From the NCBI GenBank assembly GCA_947465575.1, contig CANIBB010000001.1:2804-66803 (forward strand): a DNA stretch of 64,000 bases. Direction: 5' to 3'. Below are positions 12,146 through 22,486 of this stretch, in pieces. How positions within the stretch are numbered: position 1 is the stretch's first letter; every line of letters begins with the position of its first letter. Source of the stretch: Actinomycetota bacterium (lineage in GTDB: Bacteria; Actinomycetota; Actinomycetes; Nanopelagicales; Nanopelagicaceae). A model generated the notes under the pieces. That model had not been told where the DNA came from. It made no database searches and saw only the letters and a list, made by a program, of their open reading frames with translations. A program made the translations under genes and the position numbers.

Positions 12146-12571
12146 ATGCAAAGAGGTCGCCGTATAGCCTTTGATTATGGCGATGTACGGATAGGAGTCG
12201 CAATCTGTGACCCGGATGCAATTTTATCGACACCACTCACGACTCTGAGTGCAACAGATAAAAAGCTTGCAGATTCAATCACAGCGATTATTGTTGAGTA
12301 CGAACCGATCACGATTTATGTAGGCAAACCATCAAATATGGATGGAAGTAAGGGAGCATCGGCCGAAAAAGCTAGCGCATTTTCAGATTTTCTTGCAGCG
12401 TTGAGTACGGTTCCGGTAGTTCAAATCGATGAACGCTTATCAACTGTGAGTGCGGCCAAGGGTTTGCGTGCCTCGGGAGTTAATGCAAAAGCGGCGAAAT
12501 CTCATATAGATCAAATGGCGGCAGTTGCCATCCTGGATTTTGCGTTATCAATCGAAAAGAATCGAGCGTGA
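12146..12571 (+). CDS. ruvX: Holliday junction resolvase-like / pre-16S rRNA nuclease RuvX (YqgF)
   Basis: FDYGDVRIGVA, DERLST, IDQMAAVAIL; alaS-ruvX-mltG synteny. Confidence 0.95.
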   Translation: MQRGRRIAFDYGDVRIGVAICDPDAILSTPLTTLSATDKKLADSITAIIVEYEPITIYVGKPSNMDGSKGASAEKASAFSDFLAALSTVPVVQIDERLSTVSAAKGLRASGVNAKAAKSHIDQMAAVAILDFALSIEKNRA

Positions 12572-13584
12572 AATTTCTACGCTTAGCAGGAGCGTTAGCC
12601 TTTGTGCTTGCTTTAACTTTTAGTCTCCACCTTGTTCGAAGTGGTGTATCTGCCGCTCCTGATTTTCCTACACGTAATATCTCAGCTGGAGAGAAAGAGA
12701 TTCTCATCGAAATCGCATCGGGTACATCTGGCTCTGATGTGGCGCAGCTGCTTTTTGAAAAGAAGATTATTAAATCCTCATCGGCATACTTCCGTCTTGC
12801 CGTTGTCGACAAGCGCTCAACCAAAGTCTCACCCGGTGCGCATCGACTCAATCTGACTATCTCAGCTTCCCAAGCCCTTAGCCAATTGCTTGATCCCGCT
12901 CGCATTCCCAATCTGATTAAGGTATTTGAGGGTGCTTGGAAAAGCGAGATCATCGAGTCGATGCGCGCTTATGGATTTACTAGCGCTGAAATTTCTGAGG
13001 GCTTTAAGAACCTCGTTTTACCGACCGGATTTACCGATGCTGAGGGCCTTCTGTTTCCAGCGCAATATAGTTTTGCAAGCGGCACAAGTGCATCGCAGGT
13101 GGTCCAATCGATGGTTAATCGCTTCATGGGAGATAAGGCGGGTCAAGAAATCTTGGCTGTAACAGGTAAGTACTCTTCGCTGGAAATATTGTCCGTGGCA
13201 TCGATTGTTCAGTCCGAAGGCGATACGGCAGATTTCGGAAAAGTAGCTCGAGTTATCTTTAATCGACTCAAGATTTCGATGCCGCTGCAGATGGATTCGA
13301 CAGTTCATTACATAAAGAAAGTACGTGGACAGATCTTTTTGAGCACTTCGTCAACGTTGATAAAATCTCCCTTCAACACCTATAAACATTATGGATTGCC
13401 GCCTAGTCCCATAGGTAATCCCGGAACAGAGGCGATGGCTGCAGCCCTGAATCCCGAACTCGGGGATTGGCTCTATTTCATTACAGTTGCCCCTGGGGAT
13501 ACACGTTTTACCGCCTCACATGATGAGTTCATTACGTGGAAATTCCTCTATGAAAAGAACCGAAAGGCAGGTGCTTTCAAGTGA
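12568..13584 (+). CDS. mltG: Endolytic transglycosylase MltG (YceG)
   Basis: EGLLFPAQY, ASIVQSE, NRLKISMPLQMDSTV, SPFNTYKHYGLPPSPIGNPG. Confidence 0.95.
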   Translation: MKFLRLAGALAFVLALTFSLHLVRSGVSAAPDFPTRNISAGEKEILIEIASGTSGSDVAQLLFEKKIIKSSSAYFRLAVVDKRSTKVSPGAHRLNLTISASQALSQLLDPARIPNLIKVFEGAWKSEIIESMRAYGFTSAEISEGFKNLVLPTGFTDAEGLLFPAQYSFASGTSASQVVQSMVNRFMGDKAGQEILAVTGKYSSLEILSVASIVQSEGDTADFGKVARVIFNRLKISMPLQMDSTVHYIKKVRGQIFLSTSSTLIKSPFNTYKHYGLPPSPIGNPGTEAMAAALNPELGDWLYFITVAPGDTRFTASHDEFITWKFLYEKNRKAGAFK

Positions 13585-14399
13585 TTAAAGCCGCTGTTCT
13601 AGGCTCGCCGATTGCGCATTCTCTCAGCCCATTGCTCCATACGATTGCATATTCAGAGCTCGGATTAGAAAGCGAATACACGCGTATTGAGATAAAAAGT
13701 GGAGAACTCGAGAAGTTTCTCAATGAGTGCGATGAAAGTTGGACTGGTTTTTCATTGACGATGCCGCTTAAGGAAGAGGTTTTAAACTTTACCGATAATG
13801 TTTCTGAGCTTTCGCAGAAAATTCGAAGTGCAAATACTTTATTCAGGAGCGAGAGTGATTGGGAGGCGACTACGACAGATGTTTCGGGAATCACCCACGC
13901 TCTGGCTTCGCACGGCATAGATGCAAGTGGTGACGTTCTCATTATCGGTGCAGGCGCCACTGCGCGTGCGGCGGCAGCGGCCTGTGATGGAATCGCTACA
14001 CGTATTACCGTCATGAATCGCTCGCTTTCTCGAGTAGAGGGGATTTCAAACTCGGTAGAGATCTCTGATTTAGATTTCGTTGATTGGACTGAGACAAACC
14101 TCTTTGAGCAGGTTGACCTAATTATCTCAACGACGCCAGAGGGTGCTAGCGACAGCCTTACATCCTATTTTCCAAAGAACCCCTCATCAGTATTTTTCGA
14201 CGTTCTTTATAATCCTTGGCCAACTGCGGCTTTGTCGGCATGGAAGGCCAACGGCGGCCAGATAATCGATGGCTTAGATCTCTTGATTCATCAAGGTATT
14301 GATCAGGTTCGGATCTTCTCCGGTGTTTCATTTGATCGAACAAGTATGGCCGAACTTATGCGCAAGCATGCGCTCAAGGCGTTAAAAGTATCCACATAG
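13581..14399 (+). CDS. aroE: Shikimate dehydrogenase
   Basis: GSPIAHSLSP, SLTMPLK, GAGATA, DVLYNPWPT, GLDLLIHQG. Confidence 0.96.
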   Translation: MIKAAVLGSPIAHSLSPLLHTIAYSELGLESEYTRIEIKSGELEKFLNECDESWTGFSLTMPLKEEVLNFTDNVSELSQKIRSANTLFRSESDWEATTTDVSGITHALASHGIDASGDVLIIGAGATARAAAAACDGIATRITVMNRSLSRVEGISNSVEISDLDFVDWTETNLFEQVDLIISTTPEGASDSLTSYFPKNPSSVFFDVLYNPWPTAALSAWKANGGQIIDGLDLLIHQGIDQVRIFSGVSFDRTSMAELMRKHALKALKVST

Positions 14400-14436
14400 G
14401 ATTTTAAGTCTCACTTTGGTCAATTAGCCTCATCTT

Positions 14437-14886
14437 ATGGCTGCCGTCTTTCTATTCGCAGTTCCAATCCTTCTCGCCGATTGGCAATACCGACGAATTC
14501 CAAATATCTATCTCGCCTTTATTCTCTACTGGGTAGCGGCAATGCGAATAATCTCTGGAATAGCTTCGATGCAGAGTTTAATGTTATGCGTGGCGTCAAC
14601 TTTATTTGCTGTGGTGATACTGAAAATGGGAATCGGCGATGCAAAACTTATACTTACAATATCGCTTGCTCTTAATCTCACAAGCAGTGCAGATATAGCG
14701 CTCCTGTTCTTGTGCATGTATCTCGCGGCAGTACTGCAGATTATTGTGATCTGGGGCGCTAGGCAAAGTATTCCGCGCAGCATTCCGCTGGCTTTCGCAA
14801 TTATTGTCGGAACCATGCTCTATTTGGCTGCGGCTAGAGCTCCATCTCTGCAACAATACGCAGATGCGTTGGTTAACAGCTGGTGA
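14437..14886 (+). CDS. Short A24 prepilin peptidase-like membrane protein
   Basis: Hydrophobic; two catalytic-type Asp motifs ([19 protein letters not shown]) and C-terminal IPLA; lies between aroE and aroC. Confidence 0.75.
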   Translation: MAAVFLFAVPILLADWQYRRIPNIYLAFILYWVAAMRIISGIASMQSLMLCVASTLFAVVILKMGIGDAKLILTISLALNLTSSADIALLFLCMYLAAVLQIIVIWGARQSIPRSIPLAFAIIVGTMLYLAAARAPSLQQYADALVNSW

Positions 14887-16045
14887 GTCTCATGGTCAAG
14901 CCCTTAGTGCAATTGTCGAGGGCATTCCCGCCTCGGTCGAGATAACAACTGCAGATATAGATTTTCATCTAGCTCGCCGGCGTTTAGGAGTCGGTCGCGG
15001 AGCACGTCAGAGTTTTGAAGCTGACAAGGTCACAATTCTTGGGGGAGTTCGATTGGGTTTGACACAGGGAGGTCCAATCTCCGTTCAGATCGCAAATTCG
15101 GAGTGGCCAAAGTGGGAAAAGATCATGTCGGCAGATCCTGTTCCCTTAGAAGAGATCGAAACATTGGCTCGCAACGCAGCATTAACACGCCCGCGTCCTG
15201 GTCATGCAGATTTAGTTGGGATGCAAAAATATGACCTTGATGATGCACGTCCAATTCTTGAGCGGGCAAGTGCTCGCGAGACCGCTTCACGAGTAGCACT
15301 GGGTGCGGTAGCTCGTAATTTTCTAGAGCAGAGTGTTGGGATTACGATTTTAAGTCATGTTTTATCAATCGGTAGTGTTCGAGTTCCGACAGGAACTGCT
15401 CTGCCGCAAGCAGGAGATATGCAGAGAATTGATGACGATCCCGTTCGATGTGCAGATGCTTCTACGAGTGAGTTAATGCTTAAAGAGATTGCTAGCGCTC
15501 ACTCTGATGGAGATACGTTGGGTGGTGTAGTAGAGGTGCTCGCCTTCAATATGCCGCCGGGACTTGGCTCACATGTTCATTGGGATCGACGTTTAGATGC
15601 GCAATTAGCGGGGGCGCTCATGGGTATTCAAGCGATTAAGGGCGTCGAAGTTGGTGATGGCTTTGAAACTGCAACGCGTCGCGGCAGCGTTGCCCACGAT
15701 GAGATTGAAAAATCACGTGAGGGAAAGATTATTCGCCGAACCGACCGTGCCGGAGGCACCGAGGGCGGAATGTCCAATGGTGAAATTCTGCGAGTACGTG
15801 CAGCGATGAAGCCAATTTCAACTGTTCCAAAGGCCTTAGATACGATCGATGTGGCTACAGGATTAGCAGCTAAAGCGATTAATCAACGCTCAGATGTCTG
15901 TGCAGTACCAGCGGCGGGCGTTGTCGCAGAGGCGATGGTTGCTCTAGTACTCGCCCAGGCTGTTCTAGAAAAATTTGGTGGTGACAGTGTGGGAGAAACA
16001 CGCAGAAATTTCCAGAGCTACATAAGCAATCTAAATTTTAAGTAG
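14864..16045 (+). CDS. aroC: Chorismate synthase
   Basis: [11 protein letters not shown] start at 14864; [25 protein letters not shown]. Confidence 0.97.
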   Translation: MRWLTAGESHGQALSAIVEGIPASVEITTADIDFHLARRRLGVGRGARQSFEADKVTILGGVRLGLTQGGPISVQIANSEWPKWEKIMSADPVPLEEIETLARNAALTRPRPGHADLVGMQKYDLDDARPILERASARETASRVALGAVARNFLEQSVGITILSHVLSIGSVRVPTGTALPQAGDMQRIDDDPVRCADASTSELMLKEIASAHSDGDTLGGVVEVLAFNMPPGLGSHVHWDRRLDAQLAGALMGIQAIKGVEVGDGFETATRRGSVAHDEIEKSREGKIIRRTDRAGGTEGGMSNGEILRVRAAMKPISTVPKALDTIDVATGLAAKAINQRSDVCAVPAAGVVAEAMVALVLAQAVLEKFGGDSVGETRRNFQSYISNLNFK

Positions 16046-16055
16046 GTCATAAGAG

Positions 16056-16562
16056 ATGCCACAGGCAGTCTTAATTGGTCCACCCGGGGCCGGCAAATCG
16101 ACGGTTGCTAAAGCCCTAGCAAAAACAATCGGAGTCGGTTTTTTGGATTCGGATTTTGTTATCGAGAAAAACGCTGGCAAGAAGATTTCAGATATTTTTG
16201 TAGATGAGGGAGAAGAGGTTTTCAGAGATCTTGAATTTGAAACGCTCAAAACCTGCCTACTGGATAGGAATTGCATCCTCTCTCTTGGAGGTGGTGCCCC
16301 AATCGCCGATCGAGCTCAACGCTTACTCTTAGAGTCTGGTGCTCCAATTGTCTTTCTCGATGTCTCCCTTTCTATCGCAGCTCCTCGGGTGGGTTTTAAC
16401 CGAGATCGGCCTTTATTGTTAGGAAATCCGCGTGCGCAATGGCAGGCGTTATACGATGCTAGGCGGCCGATTTATGAGAAGCTTGCAACAATTACGGTTA
16501 AAGTTGATTTCGTGAAGCTCAATGACATTGTTACGGAGATTAGATCAGGGTTAAATATATGA
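16056..16562 (+). CDS. aroK: Shikimate kinase
   Basis: GPPGAGKST P-loop, GEEVFRDLE, SLGGG, RPLL. Confidence 0.96.
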   Translation: MPQAVLIGPPGAGKSTVAKALAKTIGVGFLDSDFVIEKNAGKKISDIFVDEGEEVFRDLEFETLKTCLLDRNCILSLGGGAPIADRAQRLLLESGAPIVFLDVSLSIAAPRVGFNRDRPLLLGNPRAQWQALYDARRPIYEKLATITVKVDFVKLNDIVTEIRSGLNI

Positions 16563-17614
16563 AAAAAATCTCCGTTAATGCAGAAAGAGAGTATGAAGTC
16601 CTCATCGATTGTGATTGGAAATCACAACTCATCTCCTTAGCTAAGAATAGAACCCGTATCGCCGTTATTCATAGTGAACAGATGTCAGAGAGCGTACGCA
16701 TTGGGGACAGTATTGAAGCTGAGATTTTCTACTTTACTCTTCCTGATGGTGAATTAGCTAAGAGCTTTACGACTATATCCAAATTATGGAACTGGTTAGG
16801 GGCAGCTGGATTTACACGCTCAGATTTAATTGTCGGAGTGGGTGGTGGCGCGATTACGGATGTAGCGGGATTTGCCGCGGCTTCATGGCTTCGTGGTGTT
16901 GATTGGATTGCGGTGCCAACAAGTGTTGCCGGTATGGTTGATGCAGCAGTCGGTGGTAAAACCGGTATAAATAGTGATTATGGAAAGAATCTAATCGGTG
17001 CTTTTCATTCTCCAGTTGCAGTCCTTGTTGATGTGAAATGGTTAAGCACGCTTTCGGATAGGGATTTTTCTGCTGGGATGGCCGAAGTTATCAAATGCGG
17101 TTTTATTGCCGAGAATGAAATCATTACACTTTTATCCAATCAATCTCTCTCGGCGTTGCGCAAAGATCACGCGAGAGTTATAGCTTTGATAGAGGCGGCA
17201 GTGAATGTGAAAGCCGCGGTAGTTTCGAGCGATTTTAAAGAGGGTTTTGCTCGTGAGGTATTGAATTATGGTCATACATTAGGCCATGCAATTGAGATTC
17301 ATAGCAAGTACGGCCTGCGTCATGGGGAGGCAGTTGCAATTGGTTTGGTTTTTGCAGCAGAGTTATCCCACATCAAAGGGCATCTTGCGATGCAGGTAGT
17401 AGAAAAGCACCGCGAGCTTTTGCGGTCCTTAAATTTACCTGTTTCATACCCTCGAGCCGCCTGGTCAGAGTTGATGCCACTATTGGCTTTGGATAAAAAG
17501 TCACGCGGTAATTCCCTGCGCTTTGTGGCAATCTCTGCAATAGGTGCGACGCTTCGAATCGAAGGTGTTTTAGAGAGTGAACTCGTTAGTGCATATGAGA
17601 GAATTAGCACATGA
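16559..17614 (+). CDS. aroB: 3-dehydroquinate synthase
   Basis: GGGAITD, DAAVGGKTGIN, LNYGHTLGHAIE, HGEAVAIG. Confidence 0.97.
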   Translation: MKKISVNAEREYEVLIDCDWKSQLISLAKNRTRIAVIHSEQMSESVRIGDSIEAEIFYFTLPDGELAKSFTTISKLWNWLGAAGFTRSDLIVGVGGGAITDVAGFAAASWLRGVDWIAVPTSVAGMVDAAVGGKTGINSDYGKNLIGAFHSPVAVLVDVKWLSTLSDRDFSAGMAEVIKCGFIAENEIITLLSNQSLSALRKDHARVIALIEAAVNVKAAVVSSDFKEGFAREVLNYGHTLGHAIEIHSKYGLRHGEAVAIGLVFAAELSHIKGHLAMQVVEKHRELLRSLNLPVSYPRAAWSELMPLLALDKKSRGNSLRFVAISAIGATLRIEGVLESELVSAYERIST

Positions 17615-18042
17615 AGATTCTTGTAATCAATGGTCCAAATTTAGCGCGTTTGGATATTCGTGACTCATCAATTTATGGCGATCTTACTTATGGTGAGCTA
17701 AAGAGCCTTATCGAAGGCGCAGCACTAAAGCACGGTTTAGAGGCAGATGTCCGCCAGAGCGATGATGAGGCGACGATTATTGGTTGGTTACATGAAGCGG
17801 CCGACAAGAAATTCCCAGTGATCATTAATCCTGCCGCCTTTACGCATTACTCATATGCCATCAGGGATGCTGCAGCAATGCTCACCACTCCACTGATCGA
17901 GGTGCATCTCTCTAACCCAATGTCACGAGAAGAGTTTCGTCACACGTCAGTAATATCAGGAGTGGCCACTGGAACAGTGGCTGGTTTCGGTCCTAATTCA
18001 TATGTATTGGCGATAATTGCGCTTAAAAACCTGATCGGCTGA
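17611..18042 (+). CDS. aroQ: Type II 3-dehydroquinate dehydratase
   Basis: NGPNL, INPAAFTHYS, EVHLSN, REEFRH. Confidence 0.96.
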   Translation: MKILVINGPNLARLDIRDSSIYGDLTYGELKSLIEGAALKHGLEADVRQSDDEATIIGWLHEAADKKFPVIINPAAFTHYSYAIRDAAAMLTTPLIEVHLSNPMSREEFRHTSVISGVATGTVAGFGPNSYVLAIIALKNLIG

Positions 18043-18132
18043 GCGAACAGAGCACTAGCCCTGAGCGGGTATCCTTATCCTCTTGCTATCACAACGGGTA
18101 GCCGAACTATTTTAAACGAGTGGAGCTTTACC

Positions 18133-18693
18133 GTGGCAACAACAGCTGATCTGAAAAATGGAATTACTTTAGATATTGAAGGCCAACTGTGGAACGTAAT
18201 TGAGTTTCAACATGTAAAACCAGGCAAGGGACCGGCTTTTGTTCGCACAAAATTGAAATCAGTTCTTACCGGAAAAGTTATCGACCGTACATTTAACTCG
18301 GGCGTAAAGATTGATATCGAGATTCTCGAAAAGCGCGACATGCAGTTTCTCTATAAAGAGGGCGAAGACTTCGTTTTCATGGATGCCAAGACTTTTGACC
18401 AAATGACGATTTCTATGGCAACCGTAGGTGGCATGTCCGACTATATGCTTGAAAATACTGATGCCGTTGTAGCCGTCCATGATGGTAATCCCTTGTACAT
18501 TGAACTTGCCGCAGCAGTTCCACTGAAGATTACTTACACAGAGCCTGGAATTCAGGGAGATCGATCATCAGGTGGAACTAAGCCAGCTACCGTTGAAACT
18601 GGTCTTGAGATTCAGGTGCCGCTATTTATTAAACAGGATGAGATCGTCATGGTTGATACACGTGATGGCTCATACCAGGGCCGCGCTAACTAG
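18133..18693 (+). CDS. efp: Elongation factor P
   Basis: [33 protein letters not shown]. Confidence 0.98.
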   Translation: MATTADLKNGITLDIEGQLWNVIEFQHVKPGKGPAFVRTKLKSVLTGKVIDRTFNSGVKIDIEILEKRDMQFLYKEGEDFVFMDAKTFDQMTISMATVGGMSDYMLENTDAVVAVHDGNPLYIELAAAVPLKITYTEPGIQGDRSSGGTKPATVETGLEIQVPLFIKQDEIVMVDTRDGSYQGRAN

Positions 18694-19115
18694 TGTCGGC
18701 TCGCAGTAAGGCACGGAAAGCGGCGTTAGATTTACTCTACGAGGCAGATATTCGAGGAACAAACGCCGTCGAAACGCTTAATCTCCGCGATGTGATTGAA
18801 GAAAGTCCTGATGCAAGGCCGATTCGCGAGTACACGCGCGAACTCGTTATCGGAGTCGGCGAGAATTTCCGGAAGATTGATGAACTGATCACGACATATG
18901 CCCAGGGTTGGGATATGGATCGATTGCCGGCAGTTGATAGAAATATTCTGCGGATTGGAATTTATGAGATCTTGTGGTCGACGACCATTCCTGATGGAGT
19001 GGCAATTGATGAGGCGTTGACTTTAGCTAAAGAGCTATCGACAGATAGCTCTGCCGGTTTTATTCACGGGGTTTTAGGACGTATCTCCTCGATTAAAGAT
19101 AGTTTAGCTATTTAA
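18693..19115 (+). CDS. nusB: Transcription antitermination factor NusB
   Basis: ARSKARKAAL, DRNILR, AIDEA, FIHGVLG. Confidence 0.96.
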   Translation: MSARSKARKAALDLLYEADIRGTNAVETLNLRDVIEESPDARPIREYTRELVIGVGENFRKIDELITTYAQGWDMDRLPAVDRNILRIGIYEILWSTTIPDGVAIDEALTLAKELSTDSSAGFIHGVLGRISSIKDSLAI

Positions 19116-19597
19116 GCAGATAGCAGTAATCGCCGTTCATTAAGAATTTTCGATATCTCATCAGAGTTTCTTCCTAGAGTCATAGCTAATAACGATATAT
19201 CGCTGCTGCGCATTGATAGAACTTCACCGTTCCAGTCATTTCGGAGGGCGACTATTCCACTAATAAAGGTGAATATGCTGCCTAGCTCGGGAGTTATTGA
19301 AAGCTTCTCTTGGGTATCGGCCAATATCTTTCGAATTTGTCGAAGATCGATAACGGGTGGGCGAATCACTCCTTCGGCAGTCTTTGGCTGTTCTAACAAA
19401 TATGTGAGGGGCACGCCATAGAAGGCTGCGATCTCGATCGCTTTCTTTACCGATAAAGCTCGGTCGCCACGCTCATAAGAGCCGAGCACAACGGCGCGAA
19501 TGCTGCGCTTGCTCGTGATCTCAACATCGGCGAGGGATAGGCCCTTTGAGATGCGGATAGTGCGAAGGCGGGTGCAGATTTCTTCATGTGTTGTCAT
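19112..19597 (-). CDS. bldD: BldD-like XRE-family transcriptional regulator
   Basis: HTH with AVVLGSYERGDRA and FYGVP as in Streptomyces BldD; C-terminal RNDWNGEVLSMRSSD; same nusB/pyrR context as Streptomyces bldD. Confidence 0.88.
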   Translation of the reverse strand: MTTHEEICTRLRTIRISKGLSLADVEITSKRSIRAVVLGSYERGDRALSVKKAIEIAAFYGVPLTYLLEQPKTAEGVIRPPVIDLRQIRKILADTQEKLSITPELGSIFTFISGIVALRNDWNGEVLSMRSSDISLLAMTLGRNSDEISKILNERRLLLSA

Positions 19598-19637
19598 AAG
19601 TGGAAGAGTAGGTCTATTGATCTAGCCTCACCGCGTC

Positions 19638-19646
19638 TTATCCACA
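19638..19646 (+). promoter_or_regulatory. Perfect DnaA-box 9-mer in the bldD/pyrR divergent promoter region
   Basis: TTATCCACA; single copy, function inferred only. Confidence 0.35.
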
Positions 19647-19661
19647 GATGAAGGAGCGCGG

Positions 19662-19670
19662 TGGTATAGT
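19662..19670 (+). promoter_or_regulatory. Extended -10 promoter of the pyr operon
   Basis: TGgTATAGT about 10 nt upstream of the PyrR-binding hairpin. Confidence 0.6.
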
Positions 19671-19680
19671 CGCCCACGCA

Positions 19681-19716
19681 TCCTTTAACGACCCATCCTG
19701 AGAGATGGGGAAGGAG
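19681..19716 (+). promoter_or_regulatory. PyrR-binding RNA element overlapping the pyrR Shine-Dalgarno
   Basis: TCCTTTAA...CCCATC-CTGAGA-GATGGG-GAAGGA: CNGNGA hexaloop, UUUAA internal motif, lower stem sequesters SD AAGGAG. Confidence 0.88.
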
Positions 19717-19722
19717 ATTTAC

Positions 19723-20250
19723 ATGAGTGTTGCCCTGTCCGCACCGGATATTACGCGTGCATTGATTCGCATTTCCCATGAAATATTAGAGGCAAATACT
19801 TCGACACATCAGATCACTTTGCTGGGCATTCCGACGCGTGGTGCTCATTTAGCTCGACGAATTGCCACAAGCATGAGTGAGATTGCTGGCCACGTGATTC
19901 CTGTCGGAACTCTCGATATAACCATGCACCGAGATGATCTGAGAATGCGCCCTCCACGCCCGATCATGCCTACTTCGATTCCACATGGGGGAGTCGATGG
20001 ACGAGAAATAGTCTTGATAGACGATGTTTTGTTTTCAGGCCGCACTATTCGCGCAGCATTAGATGCACTAGGCGAAATTGGCCGCCCCCATACTGTGCAG
20101 TTGGCAACACTTGTAGATAGAGGCCATCGCGAACTTCCTATCAGAGCCGATTTTGTTGGCAAGAACCTACCAACATCGATTACTCAATCGGTAAAGGTGC
20201 ATTTGAGTGAGATTGATGGTCTTGATGAAGTTTTGATTGAGGACAACTAA
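19723..20250 (+). CDS. pyrR: Bifunctional pyr operon regulator / uracil phosphoribosyltransferase
   Basis: [46 protein letters not shown]; start at ATG 19723 after the SD. Confidence 0.96.
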   Translation: MSVALSAPDITRALIRISHEILEANTSTHQITLLGIPTRGAHLARRIATSMSEIAGHVIPVGTLDITMHRDDLRMRPPRPIMPTSIPHGGVDGREIVLIDDVLFSGRTIRAALDALGEIGRPHTVQLATLVDRGHRELPIRADFVGKNLPTSITQSVKVHLSEIDGLDEVLIEDN

Positions 20251-21197
20251 TGCGCCACTTACTCTCGATCTCCGACTTATCGAAATCCGAAGCGGTATCA
20301 ATTCTTGATACTGCGACCGAATTGGCGCGCGTGAGTGATGGCGCAGTGAAGAAACTTCCAACGCTTCGAGGTCGGACAATCGTTAACCTCTTTGCCGAGG
20401 ACTCAACGCGCACCCGCATCTCATTTGAAGCTGCCGCTAAGCGTCTATCGGCCGATGTCATTAACTTCTCAGCTAAAGGTTCTAGTCTGAGCAAAGGTGA
20501 ATCCTTAAAAGATACTGCTCTGACTCTTCAGGCGATGGGTGCCGATGCCGTAGTGATTCGCCACAGTGCATCAGGTGCACCTGCCCGATTAGCTGACTCT
20601 TCTTGGATGCGGGGAAGTGTTATCAATGCTGGAGATGGAACACACGAACATCCAAGCCAGGCCTTACTAGATGCATTTACTATCAGAAAGCATCTAGGAA
20701 AGGGAGCACCGGATTTAGTCGGTATTCGAGTTGCAATTGTGGGCGATGTTTTACATTCGCGAGTTGCGAGATCAAATGTATTGCTCTTAACTCTTTTGGG
20801 AGCACATGTCACTCTTGTCGCACCACCGACGCTACTTCCTGTTGGTGTGGAGAGTTGGCCGGTCACTATTTCTTACGATTTGGATTCGGTTATTGGCCTT
20901 GTCGATGTAGTGATGATGCTTCGCGTTCAACAAGAGCGAATGAGCGATCTCTTCTTTCCAAATGCAAGAGAGTACTCCCGCTACTTTGGTCTCAACTCTG
21001 ATCGATTAAAAATGATGTCACCCGATTCAATCGTGATGCACCCAGGTCCAATGAACCGTGGTCTGGAAATCGCTGCAGAGGTGGCCGACAGCGCACGTTC
21101 TGTGATTGTTGAACAAGTGGCAAACGGAGTAAGTGTTCGTATGGCAATTCTATATATTCTGCTTACAGGTCAACCTTTGGAAGCAGGGAGCAAGTAA
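20250..21197 (+). CDS. pyrB: Aspartate carbamoyltransferase catalytic subunit
   Basis: [23 protein letters not shown]. Confidence 0.97.
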   Translation: MRHLLSISDLSKSEAVSILDTATELARVSDGAVKKLPTLRGRTIVNLFAEDSTRTRISFEAAAKRLSADVINFSAKGSSLSKGESLKDTALTLQAMGADAVVIRHSASGAPARLADSSWMRGSVINAGDGTHEHPSQALLDAFTIRKHLGKGAPDLVGIRVAIVGDVLHSRVARSNVLLLTLLGAHVTLVAPPTLLPVGVESWPVTISYDLDSVIGLVDVVMMLRVQQERMSDLFFPNAREYSRYFGLNSDRLKMMSPDSIVMHPGPMNRGLEIAAEVADSARSVIVEQVANGVSVRMAILYILLTGQPLEAGSK

Positions 21198-22486
21198 TGT
21201 CATCGCAGCGCTATCTTCTAAAAAACGCATCCCTGCCTGATGGCACGGCCAGTGATGTACTAATCGCCGATGGAGTCATTGCCTCAGTTTCAAGCGCCAT
21301 TACTGATCCTGATGCAGTTCTCATCGATGTAAAGGGCTCTGTTGTTCTGCCAGGTCTAGTTGATCTTCATACGCATCTTCGCCAACCTGGACGTGAAGAT
21401 GCTGAGACTGTTCTCACCGGCTCACGCTCTGGCGCAAGGGGTGGATTCACTGCACTCTCAGCAATGGCCAATACTTCTCCAGTTGCAGATAACGCCGGAG
21501 TTGTGGAACAGGTCTATCGACTCGGTCAAGAGGCGGGTCTGCTTGATGTCTTTCCTATCGGCGCGGTAACGCAGGGGTTGGCTGGAACGGCCCTATCTGA
21601 AATCGGTGCAATGGCCGATTCAATTGCACGGGTCAGAGTATTTAGTGATGATGGAAACTGCGTCTTTGATCCTATGGTGATGCGTCGCGCACTTGAATAC
21701 ATAAAGAAGTTCGATGGAGTAATTGCTCAACATGCTCAGGAGCCACGTTTAACCGTTGGATCCCAGATGAATGAGGGAAACGTATCAGCGGTTTTGGGGT
21801 TAAAGGGATGGCCAGCAATTGCCGAAGAGGCGATTATTGCTCGCGATGTTTTACTGGTGGATCACGTTAAATCACGACTACATATCTGTCACGTGACCAC
21901 AGCGGGTGGAGTTGAAATTATTCGATGGGCAAAGGCACGCGGAATTAATGTAACGGCAGAGGTCACTCCACATCACTTGTTACTCACCGATGAGTTAGCT
22001 CGATCCTATGACCCTATCTTTAAAGTTAATCCACCACTTCGTAGCGAAAAAGATGTGATGGCGTTGCGTGAGGCATTGGCAGATGGCACAATCGATATTG
22101 TTGCAACCGACCATGCACCGCACACAATGGAGTCAAAAGAGTGCGAGTGGCAAGAGGCATCATTTGGAATGTTGGGACTTGAGACCGCACTATCGATCGT
22201 TCAAAAGACAATGGTAGATACGCATTTAATGAACTGGGCGCAGGTTGCAGATCGTTTATCAACGGCGCCTGCACGTATCGGTGGATATAGCCAGCACGGT
22301 AGGAATTTGGCGATAGGCGCACCAGCTCACTTAACGATTATCAAGCCAACGGCCTCTTGGATGGTGGATAGAGATTTAGTTGCCTCAAAGAGTCGCAATA
22401 CTCCATTTCATGGCTACGAGCTGCCTGGAGTAGTTACTCAAACGTTCTTTAATGGCGTTCTTGTCCACGTTAGTGAGCGTCAATGA
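21197..22486 (+). CDS. pyrC: Dihydroorotase
   Basis: DLHTHLRQPG, KVNPPLR, ATDHAPH. Confidence 0.97.
   Translation: MSSQRYLLKNASLPDGTASDVLIADGVIASVSSAITDPDAVLIDVKGSVVLPGLVDLHTHLRQPGREDAETVLTGSRSGARGGFTALSAMANTSPVADNAGVVEQVYRLGQEAGLLDVFPIGAVTQGLAGTALSEIGAMADSIARVRVFSDDGNCVFDPMVMRRALEYIKKFDGVIAQHAQEPRLTVGSQMNEGNVSAVLGLKGWPAIAEEAIIARDVLLVDHVKSRLHICHVTTAGGVEIIRWAKARGINVTAEVTPHHLLLTDELARSYDPIFKVNPPLRSEKDVMALREALADGTIDIVATDHAPHTMESKECEWQEASFGMLGLETALSIVQKTMVDTHLMNWAQVADRLSTAPARIGGYSQHGRNLAIGAPAHLTIIKPTASWMVDRDLVASKSRNTPFHGYELPGVVTQTFFNGVLVHVSERQ

Noticed and set aside
14411-14422. BldD-box-like TCAC-N4-GTCA upstream of the prepilin peptidase
   Set aside because: The spacer is 4 nt, not the 5 nt of TNAC-N5-GTNA.
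18133-18693. No EF-P modification genes next to efp
   Set aside because: The PGKGP loop is the known actinobacterial EF-P type that works unmodified.
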